A stretch of 64,000 nt of DNA from Hypanus sabinus (Eukaryota): positions 172,670,001 to 172,734,000 of the forward strand of contig NC_082709.1 in NCBI RefSeq assembly GCF_030144855.1, given 5' to 3'. The notes under the pieces are model-generated. The model was not told where the DNA came from, made no database searches, and saw nothing but the letters and a program-made list of their open reading frames with translations. A program made the position numbers and the translations under genes. Shown here one piece after another: positions 49,006-60,193 of this stretch. The first letter of the stretch is position 1, and the number at the start of each line of letters is the position of its first letter.

Positions 49006-51318
49006 ACAAGATCGCAAGATCACAAGACAAAGGAGCAGAGGCAGGCCATTTGGCCCATTGAGTCTACTCTGCCACTCCACCATGAGCTATTCTCCTGTCT
49101 AGTTCCAATTTCCGGCTTTTTTCCCCATATCCCTTGATACCCTGACTAATTAGATACCTGTCGATCTCCTCCTTAAAAACCCTCAATGATTCGGCCTCCA
49201 CAGCTGTACGTGGCAATGAATTCCATAAATCCACGACCCTCTGGCTAAAAAAATTTCTCCTCATCTCTGTTTTAAATGGGTATCCTCTAATTCTAAGACT
49301 GTGACCTCTTGTCCTGGACTCACCCACCAAGGGAAACAGCCTTTCCACATTTACTCTGTCCAACCCTTTCAACGTTCGAAATGTTTCTATGAGATCCCCT
49401 CTCATCCTTCTATACTCTAATGAATACACTCCAAGAGCCGACAAACGCTCCTCATATGTTAGTCCCTGCATTCCAGGAATCATCCTAGTGAATCTTCTCT
49501 GAACTCTCTCCAACATCAGCACATCCTTTCTAAGATAGGGGGCCCAAAACTGCACACAGTATTCCAAATGGGGTCTCACCAGTGCCCCATAGAGCCTCAT
49601 CAACACCTCCTTACTCTTGTACACTATTCCTCTTGAAATGAATGCCAATATAGCATTTGCTTTCCTTACTGCCAATCCAGCCTGGTAGTTAACCTTTAGG
49701 GTATCCTGCACTAGGACCCCCAAGTCCCTTTGCACTTCTGATTTTTGAATATTCTCTCCATCTAAATAATAATCTGCTCGATTGTTTCTTCTTCCAAAAT
49801 GTACAACCGTACATTTCTCAACATTGTATCTCATCTGCCATTTCTTTGCCCACTCTCCTAAACTAACCAAGTCTCTCTGCAACCTTTCCGTTTTTTCAAC
49901 ACTTACCGCTCCTCCACCTATCTTGGTGTCATCCACAAACTTAGCCACAAAACCATTTAATCCATAATCTAAATTGTCGATATACAGTGTAAAAAGAAGA
50001 GGCCCCAACACCGACCCCTTCGGAACACCACTAGCAACCGGCAACCAACCAGAATAGGATCCCTGTATTCCCACTCTTTGCTTTCTGCCTATCAGCCAAT
50101 GCTCCACCCATTCCAATACTCTTCCTGTAATTCCATGGGCCCTCATCTTATTAAGCAGCCTCTTATGCGGCGCCTTATCAAGGGCCTTTTGAAAACCCAA
50201 ATACACAACATCCACAGCCTATCCCTTGTCAATCTTATTTGAGATTACCTCAAAAAATTCCAATAGGTTGGTGAGGCAGGATCTTCCCTTCATGAAACCA
50301 CGCTGGCTTGGGCCCATTTTGTCCTGCACCTCAAGGTAATTCATAACCTCATCCTTGAGGATCGACTCCAATAATTTTCCGACTACCGATGTCAGACTAA
50401 TAGGTCTGTAATTTTCTTTTTGCTCCCTCCCCCCTTTCATAAACAACGGAACCACATTTGTGACCTTCCAGTCCTCTGGAACCATGCCAGAGTCTACTGA
50501 TTCCTGGAAGATTATTTCTGTTGCCTCCACAATCTCCAAAGCCACCTCCTTCAGAATCTGTGGATGCACTTCATCCAGTCTGGGAGACTTACCTATCCTT
50601 AGTCCATTTAGCTTCTCAAGCACTTTCTCTCTAGTAATCTTGACTGTACCTAATTCTATTCCCTGAGACCCCTGGCTATCAGGTATGTTGTTAATGTCTT
50701 CCACTGTGAAGACTGATGAAAAATACTCATTTAGTTCCTCTGTCATCTCTTTGTTACCCACTATAATTTCTCCAGCATCCTTTTCAATAGGTCCTATATC
50801 TATCCGAGTCACTCTTTTACTCTTCATATATTTAAAAATACTCTTAGTGTCTTTTTTTATGTTAATTGCCAATTTCCTTTCGTAATTCATCTTTTCTTTC
50901 CTAATGACTTTCTTAGTTTCCCTCTGTAAATTTTTAAAATTTGTCCAGTCCTCAGTTTTGCTTCCTTGTAAGCTGCCTCTTTTGCTTTTATTTTAGCCTT
51001 AACTTCTCTCGTTAGCCACATTTGTGTCATTTTTCCTTTTATGATTTTCTTTTTTCTTGGAATTTTTTTTTCCTGCACTTTCCTTATTTCTTTTAGGAAT
51101 TTCATCCAACTCTGCTCTACTGTCCCTCCATTTAGCTTACTTTTCCAATCAACTTGGGCCAGTTCCTCTCTCATACCACTGTAATTTCCTTTGTTCCACT
51201 GAAGTATTGATACACCTGATACCAGCTTCTCCTTTTCAAATTTGAAACTGAACTCAATCATATTATGATCACTGCTCCCTAGCTGAACTCGATCATATTA
51301 TGATCACTACTTCCAAGT
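49006..51318 (-). mobile_element. 5'-truncated, relatively young CR1-like LINE (end of endonuclease, RT, 3' UTR)
   Basis: About 730 codons broken by one frameshift (about 50950) and one TAG (50219-50221); motifs SDHNMIEF, NYRPISLTS, GVPKGSVLGPLLF, KFVDDTK; (TCTTGTGA)-type tail. Confidence 0.95.
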
Positions 51319-51754
51319 GAGTTATTGTTTCAGCTGGGATAAGTTTTTGGGGCCCTGGGTAGTGGGGAGTTTGGAGATAAAGGGTAGGTGTTGCATCTCC
51401 TGCAATGGGAAGCAGTGGGTGTCCTAGGAGATGGACAAGTGAATAAGGAATATTAGGAGGAACAGTCGTTTTGGAATGGTAAAAGATGAAAGAACAATGC
51501 ATTTGGTGATGGCAACATATTGCCAGAAACAAAGTTCAAAGTAAATTTATTTCAAAGTACAGACTATATATTTTAAGATTCATTTTCCTGCTGGCATTGA
51601 TAGGAAAAATGAAGAATTGCAGTAGAAATTTACAAAAGTAAATAAATTCTGACAGCTAGTTATTGGATCAGGTCACATCTGTGAAAAAGATGCATTTTAA
51701 CATTTGAGGCCAGTGATTTGACATCCAAAATAGAACATAGAACAGTAGAGAATA

Positions 51755-53750
51755 AACACAAAAAGATTCTGCAGATGCTGGAAATCTTGAGCAACACACA
51801 CAAAATGGGGTATGGCGTGTTGGTGCCCGAATGTATAATGACACTTGAGGGCTGCTCCCAGCACAAGCTTGGATGTGTTGGTTGTTAACATAAATGACTC
51901 ATTTCACCCTATGTCTCAATGTACACAGGATAAATAAACTTGAATCTTGAATTTCACAATGCTGAAAGAACTCAGCAAGTCAGGCAGCACCTCTGGAGGG
52001 GAATAAACAGTCAGCCTTTAGGGGCCGGACCTGTCATCAAGACTAGAAAGGTAGGGGGCAGAAGCCAGATTAAGAAGGCGGGGAAGGGGAGGAGTACAAA
52101 CTGTCAGGTGATAGGTGAGACCAGGTGAGGGAGAAGGTGAGTGGATGGTTGAGGGGGGGATGAGGTGAAAAGATGGAGGGACAGGTGGAAGAGGTAAAGG
52201 GCTGATGAAGGAATCTAATGGGAGAAGACAATGGACCACAGAAGAAAGGGAAGAAGGAGATTAAGGATGTAGGTACAGCAGGCAGTAAAGAAAGCTGGCC
52301 ATTAACAAAAGGAATTGAGTATAGGTTCTTCTACAGCTGTACAGGGCCCTGGTGAGACCCCACCTGGAGTATTGTGTGCAGTTTTGGTCTCCAAATTTGA
52401 GGAAGGACATTCTTGCTATTGAGGGAGTGCAGCGTAGGTTCACAAGGTTAATTCCCAAAATGGCGGGACTGTCATATGTTGAAAGATTGGAGCGACTGGA
52501 CTTGTAAACACTGGAATTTAGAAGGATGGGAGGGGATCTGATTGAAACATATAAGATTATTAAGGGATTGGACACACTGGAGGCAGGAAGCATGTTCCCG
52601 CTGATGGTTGAGTCCAGAACTAGAGGCCACAGTTTAAGAATAAGGGGTAGGCCATTTAGAACAGAGATGCGGAAAAACTTTTTTACCCAGAGAGTGGTGG
52701 ATATGTGGAATACTCTGCCCCAGAAGGCAGTGGAGGCCAAGTCTCTGGATGCATTCAAGAGAGAGTTAGATAGAGCTCTTATAGATAGCGGGGTCAAGGG
52801 ATATGGGGAGAGGGCAGGAACGGGGTAGTGATTGTGTATGATCAGCCATGATCACAGTGAATGGCGGTGCTGGCTAGAGGGGCCGAATGGCCTACTCCTG
52901 CACCTACTGTCTATTGAGAGGAATCAGAGGGAGGTGATGGGCACATGAGGAGGAGAGAAGGGGTGAGAGGGTACCCAGAACGAGGAATGGAAAAAGAGGT
53001 TGTGGGGCGGGGGGGGGGGGGGGGTAAGAATTACCGGAAGTTCGAGTAATCGATGTCTATGCAACAGGTTGGAGGCTACCCAGACAGACTGAGGTGTTGC
53101 TCCTGAACCTGAGTGGCTTCATTACGGCAGTATAGGAGACCATGGACCCTCGTATCAGAATGGGGACTGGAAGTCGAATTGTAACAGGTAGTCTCCGGGA
53201 GATCTTGCCTTTTGCAGCATGCATTGTCCCCCGGTCCGCTTCGGGTCTCAATGATGAGGCAGTGGCACCGGAGAACCGGATACAGCGACCCGCGGGTGAG
53301 GTGCTGCCTCTCCTGAAAGGAGTGTTTGGAACTCTGAATTGTGGTGAGGGAGGAGCTGTTGAGGCAGGTGTAGCACTTGTCCTGCATGCAGATTCATAAG
53401 AAGGAAGTCGTACATAGTGGAGAGTATTGGGGAGTGGGAGGGGGAGGGAAAGATGTGCTTAGCAGTGGGACTCCGTCGGAGACGGCGGAAGTAGCAGTCA
53501 ATTATATTACGGGTACGAAGGCTCGTGGGGTAGTCGGTAAGGACAAGCGGAATCCTATTCCAGTTACGGCGGCGGGACGTTAGGTAGAGGGCAGATTTGC
53601 GGGAAACGGAGGAGATGCGGATGAAGGATGCTTTGATGGTGGAAGAAGGGAAACACAGTTCCTTGAAAAAAGAGGACATCTCAGATATCCTAGAATGGAA
53701 AGCCTCATCCTGAGAACAGATGCGGCAGAGACGGAGGAACTAAGAGGAGC
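51755..53750 (-). mobile_element. Decayed Penelope-like element interrupted by a SINE tail (about 51807-51955) and a CR1 (52262-52916)
   Basis: MSSFFKE..FPSSTI..RIPLVLT..KHIFPSP, KCYTC and HGLLYC..EQHL..LGSLQP remnants; terminal unit at 51755-52260. Confidence 0.85.
52262..52916 (+). mobile_element. CR1-like LINE 3' portion
   Basis: LYRALVRPHLEYCVQFWSP..RKNFFTQRVVDMWNTLP motifs. Confidence 0.92.
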
Positions 53751-54559
53751 ATATGCACAGGCCCTTTGCACAAGATGCTTCTGCTAACCAAGATGCAAGA
53801 TGAAGTTAGTCTCACTTTCCTGCTCGTAATCTACACCCCTTCATTCCCCGTTCGCTCATGTGCCTGTGTAATTGCCTCCTAAACGTTCCTGTTTACCCGC
53901 TTCCTGCATTTTCACTGGCACCACGTTCCAGGTACACTCAGTGTAAAACTTTAAATTTCTTTAAACTTTACTACAGTCATTTTAAAGCCATGTTCTATAT
54001 AGCATTTGGCATTTCTACCCTGGGAAAAGGACTCCATCTACCTGTATCTTCGAGCATTGTGTCAGCTCACCTCTCAGACCCCGAAGCTCCAGAGAAAACC
54101 AACTTTCTCCATGAGTGTTTGATGAATTTTGATTGGGGGGGGGGGGTCCCCGAACTGAAACTTTAAATGTTGCTTTCCCTGTTGATGCCTGACCAAGTGC
54201 TTTCGCCGGCATTTTCTGTTTATTTCAAATTTACAGGGCCGACAGGTTTTTTTAAAATTTTAGACTCTATTTTAGGCTTATAATCCTTTTATTGTGTTTC
54301 ACTTTTCCTTCTCCATTTCATGCCTTGCTGACTTAAATGTTATCTGTTTTATTTAAGTCTGAACATCCGGCACTCGTAGTTTTAACTTTTTTCGGGGATT
54401 GTCCCGCCGACGTTTTCACATGCATCTCATTTGCGAATTGAAGAAGTGACCTGGATGGAATAAGTCCCCTGCACTTTAAGGTTTACTACCGAGGGACAAA
54501 ACTGCAGATATTTGAGTTTATCCAATTTAACGTTTAACTTCTGTTAACTTGGAGAAACC

Positions 54560-54911
54560 GCACCGCGGAACTTGCTGCTTTGCAAGCTGATTGGCTCGTC
54601 GCGTTCACTTGCCATATAGGGAGGGTGCGCAAACCCTGTTACTCCAACCTGGGAGAGCGTATGATTGATTAGTCAGAAGACCACTCATTAATCAGATTAC
54701 TATCGGCCCGCCCCCACGTTTGTGCCACGTAGCCAATCTCAGGGCCGGTGGGGGGCGTGCCCGAGGTTCCGAGCTGGGCTTGGCTTTGCGCAGCGGTGCT
54801 GGTTTCTTGCGCCTTGGCGTTACTTGTGCATGGGTGGGAGCTCGTAGGGTTGGAGTTTTTGCATCTATTTTTGTTACGTCTATTTCTTTCGGGATTATTT
54901 TAAAAGAAGAC
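54560..54911 (+). promoter_or_regulatory. CpG-rich promoter and 5' UTR of the SH3BGR-family gene
   Basis: ATTGG at 54590-54594, CCAAT at 54733-54737, GC box GGCCCGCCC at 54705-54713, CArG-like CCATATAGGG at 54612-54621, dense CpG. Confidence 0.75.
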
Positions 54912-54956
54912 ATGGTTATCAAGGTCTTTATTGCCTCGCAGTCCGGTTCCACGGCG
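54912..54956 (+). CDS. SH3BGR: SH3 domain-binding glutamate-rich protein, coding exon 1 (MVIKVFIASQSGSTA)
   Basis: GAC-ATG-G start, 45-nt phase-0 exon, donor GCG|GTAAGT; N-terminus characteristic of the SH3BGR/SH3BGRL family. The paralog call rests on MVIKVF and adjacency to LCA5L. Exon 2 was not found in the window. Confidence 0.85.
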
Positions 54957-55942
54957 GTAAGTGAGGTTATTTATGCTTCCTCCTCCTTCCTTCATTCACG
55001 GTGGAGCGGCGTTTCTTTTTTTATCTAGCGCAGCTGATAACACATACCAGACCGCAGCAGCAATCAGTCAAACACACTCGCTCCCACAGACTGGTCACAG
55101 AATTTTCCAGAATTATAACTGCATTTGTGCACTTCAACGTTCCACATTATTATATATATTTTTCGTTTGTGTATATTCTACGGTCAGTTCATAGTATAAT
55201 ATTTGTTCTAACGCTTGCGAGGGCTCCATTTGGAGTACAAAAGAGTGCAAGTTTTGGACTCCACGGCGTTGTAACTCAGACAATTAACTAGCTGAACGGT
55301 GCAAAAACGAATGCTTCTGGTTCATTCGTAGGTCTGTGCTGGTTGACTACTCTTGTACAATGTTCATACAGATGCACGTTTAAGAAAGCGAAACACGTTT
55401 AGAATTCACTTTTTTTTAAAACCAATGCTTGCGGAGTCCCAGCATTTCGTGTGCGTTGCACTAGAATTCACTGGCCTGGATTGCAGGGTATCTATATAAA
55501 CCGGCTTCTGAGTTTTTGTAGACTATGAAGTTTCTATTTTTGAGGAGGTGTAAGTCACATGCAAGGCCAGTAATTATTGCCCTGCTCATTGTTCTTGTGA
55601 AGTTGCTAGCGGACTACTGCCTTACATTGATGTACTTTATCTGGTGTCGCTATTATTCATTCAGTGCCTCTGGGGAGGGGTTTCATGGTTTGAACCCCGG
55701 TGATGAAGTAATCAGTGTTCACATCTGCACACAGCTTCTCCAGCAGACATTTGAACCCTTGTAAGAAAATCTGGTGTATCAGTCAATGTTGTGCTGGAGT
55801 AAGGACTTGTTTATGCTGAGCCATTAATGTGGTATAGCGTCACATGGACGTTCACGTCAAAAAGTGACATCAACTCATAAAAAGAGAGGAAGGGACAGGT
55901 AAAGAAAGCATGGTCAATAATGTTTTTTTTAAAAGTACCTAC

Positions 55943-58900
55943 CAGGGGTGCCCAACCTGGAGTCCGCAGTAACCTCTGTTAATTGTAAGGCTCCATGGCA
56001 TAAAGAAGGTTAGGAACCCTTGCCTTCAACAGATGTGAGGAGAGAAATTTCAGAGCTTCAACGCTAGACAGTTGACAACATAGTTCCTTTTAGCAGCAGG
56101 AGGGAATGGATAGGAGAGTAATTGAGGAATGCAGGGTGTCTGAGAGTTTCCCAGGTTAGAGGTGATGGAGTGAGATTATTAAAACGACGATGCGATTTTT
56201 TTTCAACTTTGAAGGACTGTTGCACAGGAAGTGTAAGAGCTTGAGTTGAACAGACTTGGTGAGAGCTCGTTTAAGGAAGCTGCAGCTCTAAAGAAAGGAA
56301 GGCTATTTTAGCACATTTTTATTTATTTTTGCAAGCTGTTGCAACCAAGTAAGTATTTTAAGTGCAGTCCCTGTTGTAATGAGTTCAGAGTTTGAAGATA
56401 GTGTTGGTACGATTGGTTTGGAAACCGTTAGCTTACTTAAATCAACGTCTCCAAGCCATGATAGGAATCCGAAGTACAAATCCCATCAACTGAACTGGAT
56501 TTTGCACAAGAAGGGGATATTATTGACTTGAAGGTTGTTACTGTTGTTGAAAAATTGATGCAACTCTCAGAATTTGCATCATTAAACCTGAATATATCTT
56601 GGAGGAAAGGGAATAGCAAAACTGCAAGTTTTAATTTTCTTTTGCAATCCAGCTGCTAAACGCATTTAAATCTAAATCTAACAATATAAATGTTAATGAA
56701 CATGTTATTGATAATTTATTTTTTCCTGCACGTGCTCTGATATTTTACTAATAGCACCATTGATAATGTGTGTCCATGCAGAACATACCACCACACAATC
56801 GGGAGCCATGCCTACTGCAAGTTCCTGGTTTAACTCCAAAATTGACCTATCCAAAGTGCCAAGTCATCTTGGATGGGTTATTCTAGAATTGTCTTTGTCA
56901 TGAATCATTATTGATGATCCAGTCCTGATGAAGGATCTCAACCTAGACCATTGTAAATTTCTCTACATAGATTTTGCCTGACCTGCTGAGTTCCTCCAGC
57001 ATTTTGTCTATGTTGCTGATGTCTACTTGCTACAGATTGAGATTTATTTAGGTACTTGGCAACATGTTCTTACATTTATCTTGGTTTTCATTTCAACGCT
57101 CCTTTGGTAAATACAGCTTGATTAAATGTTGCAGTGGTTTGTAAGATAGTTCACCAATAGGTTAGAACCTGTTGGCTACTTTGCTCACAGTATCATAGTC
57201 AAGAATAATTTTTGTTAAAAAGAAGTAAAACTAATTCTTTTAAAATGAGTTGTGGTAAAAACAAAATGAAACTTAAGTCTAATTATTTGCTAGTAAATTT
57301 TCTGTTTATGATACTTAGCCATGGTTTAATTTTCAATTCTGTTTTTACTACAAATAGGTTTCTGTTTTTTTTCCTCCATCGATTGGTTAAAAGCAGCTAA
57401 TTTGTATAGACCAGAATGTTCAATTCATTACTGACCCTGTTTTGGGAGGTAGATTTAGTTCCACTATTGACCTTGACATCTAAAGCTAAGGAGTGAGGGG
57501 GAGAAACTGGCTAGATTCCTGTTTAGTGGCCTGTGTTGAAAGGTACCCATACGTATGTGGAGTAAAAAGGGGAATGGGTTTGACTGTGCAAGGTAACATA
57601 CTGAAACCTTGCTAAATTAAATTGGTTGATACTAAGGAAGAGTGAAAAAGTGTTTTGCCTGCCATCCATACAGATCACTTCATTTTTACAGTAAAAGGTA
57701 AAACATATTAAGTGCAGAGTAATACGTTACAGTTTGGGGAAAAGTGCAGGTGGATAAAAAGATGCAAGGTCACATTGAGGTAGATTGTGAGGTCAAGAGT
57801 GCATCTTATTTAGGGGTTCCCAACTTTCTTTATGCCATGGACCAAAATCATTATGCAAGTTCCCAGTTCGGGAACCCTTGATCTCATTGTAGTAGGGCAC
57901 CTTTCAGTAGTCTTTTAACAACACGATAGCTGCCTTTGACATGGTTATATGTGGTATAAGGCTGTTGTATCTTCTGCCTGATGGGACAGGGGAGAAGAGC
58001 GAATGTGGGTGGGGTTACTGATCTTGCTGCCTACAGTACTGAGGCAGCAGGAAGTGTACAAAGAGTTCATGGTGGGTTTTTGGTTTCCTGAGCTGTATCC
58101 ACAACTTTGCAGTTTCTTGTGGTCTTGGACAGAACAGTTATCATACCAGACCTTTATGCCTCTGAGTTCTATGGCCCATCAATTAAAAATTGATGCGCGT
58201 TAATATAATGTGTTGAATTTCTTTAGCTTTCTGAAGGTACTGGAGTACTTTCATGGCTGTGGTGTCTAGTTGGATTGTGACAGGCAATTGTCAATGTTTA
58301 CATCTAGGAACTTGATGCTTTCAGCCCTCTCAACTGAGGCACTGTCAAACACCCCACTTGGTGAAGTCAATGAACTGCTCTTTTGTTTTTTTGACACTGA
58401 AGGCGAGGTTGTTGTCATGATGCCATGCACTAGGCTCACCACCTCCTTCCTGTGCTGTGACTCATCGCTCATCGTTATTTGAGATTTGGCCCTCTGTTCT
58501 CATCTGCAAACTTGTAGATGGCGTTAAAGCTGAATGTTGTCTGCTGTTGGTGCTTCTCCTGGGCTGTTTAACAAAATGTAATTGATTTGGGGTGATGAAT
58601 TACATGACAGTGTTAAAGCAGTGTGCCTTAGTCATTAGCAGACTACAATCAACAGGAATAGGCCTCAGCACCTTTGCCATGATTACTGATGCTCCTCAGC
58701 CCTCTTTGTACTCTACTCCCTCTGCACTGATGACTGCATGGCCCAATTCTGATCTAATTCCATCTGCAAGTTTGCAGATGATAGCACTGTTGGTCTCGTC
58801 TCAAATATCGATGAGTTGGAATACATAAAGGAGCTGAAGAGTTTAGTGTCATGATAGCAGCCTTTCCCTCAATGTCAACAAAACAAAAGCTGGGGAATGA

Positions 58901-60193
58901 TTTCTGAAAGGGTACTAATGCACACGCTCCTGTTTACGTATCGATGTTGAGGTTCAAATTCCGAGGTGTGAAACTCACCCATAGCCTTTCCTCGTCCAAC
59001 TGAGCTGATGCCATGGCCAAGGAAGCTCACCAATGCCTCTTCTTCCTCAGAAATTAAAGACATTTGGCGTGTCCCTATTGACCAGTGGTTCCCAAACTTT
59101 TTTATGCCATGGGCCAAGAGCAAGGGGTCTGTGGACCCCAAGTTGGGAAACCCTGGTTTTGACCCTAACTAGTTTTTATCGATGCACTATAGAAAGTATC
59201 CTATCTGGGTGCATAATGGCTTGGTATGATTGCATGGAATTGTGGAGAATTGTAGACGCAGCTCAGCATATCACAGGAACCAACCTCTCCTCTTTAAACT
59301 CTTGCTGCCAGCATAATCAAAGACCTCAATCACCCCAGACATCCTTTAGTCTCACATCAGGCCGAAAATACAAAAGCCTGAAAGCACGTACCACTGGTTC
59401 AAGTCCAGCTACTAACCCACTGTTATCTGATTCTTGGAACAGACCTCTTGTGTGATAAGATAGACTTCTGGCTCCACATCTACCTTGTTATGATCTTGCA
59501 CTGTATCGTTTATGTGCATTCCACTTTCCTGGTAGCTTTTACACTTCATGCTGCATTGTTATTGTTTTACCTTATTCTAGCTCAATGCACTCTGTAATGA
59601 TTTGGTCTATATAAACAGTTCTCGAGACAAGCTTTTCACCCTGTCTTGGTACACCTAACAATAATAACCAATACCAGTACAGTAAATGATTCTTTTGTAA
59701 TAATCACCGTATCAAGGAAATATACAGCAGAGAAACAAGCCCTTCAGACTATGTCTATGCTGACCATAAAGGTAGCCATCTTTGTAATCTTTTCACCCCC
59801 CCACCCCCAATAGCTCCTCCACTCCAAAAAGCCAAACCAAGTCTTGCATCATAATAGAAAAATTCCACCCCATGTTACAACCTGGTGAATCTCCTCTGCA
59901 TCTTCTCAAGTGTGATCATATCCTTCCTGTAGTGCGGGCTCCAGTATTTTACATGATATTCCAGCTGTGACCTAACCAATGTCTTTGGAACATAAAGTCC
60001 TTACTTTTGTATTCTATATCATGGTTAATGAAGTCTCGCACCTACCATCTTCAGCACTTTATCACTAGTACTTTTAGTACTTTTTGGATGTGTACACCAA
60101 GATCTCTCTCTTCCTGGGGTTCCCAACCTTTTTATGCCATGGACCCTGATCATTAACTGAGGGGGTCTGTGGATCCCAGGTTGGAAATCCCTT
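55943..60193. mobile_element. Four roughly 70-80 bp hAT-type MITEs (55943-56022, 57811-57880, 59083-59155, 60114-60193)
   Basis: Termini of the type CAGGGGTTCCCAAC...GTTGGGAACCCCTG; 8-bp flanks ATCTTATT/ATCTCATT at the second copy and CTATTGAC/GTTTTGAC at the third. Confidence 0.8.
57690..59670. mobile_element. Two head-to-head Rex1/Babar-type LINE remnants (minus about 57690-58520, plus about 58640-59670)
   Basis: Both carry the KFAD(D) RT motif region; the plus copy reads FYRCTIESILSGCIMAWY. Confidence 0.75.

Noticed and set aside
54714-54737. CCACG near CCAAT as an ER-stress element
   Set aside because: Order and spacing fit neither CCAAT-N9-CCACG nor ATTGG-N-CCACG.
56465-56659. Stop-free plus-strand frame ESEVQIPSTELDFAQEGDIIDLKVV... 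in SH3BGR intron 1
   Set aside because: No similarity to the expected exon 2 (IKKKQQ..), a poor polypyrimidine tract and no convincing donor.
59033-59455. FYRCTIESILSGCI peptide resembling DUF1891/ALKBH8-type annotations
   Set aside because: It is the C-terminal part of Rex1/Babar LINE ORF2, repeated many times in this window.
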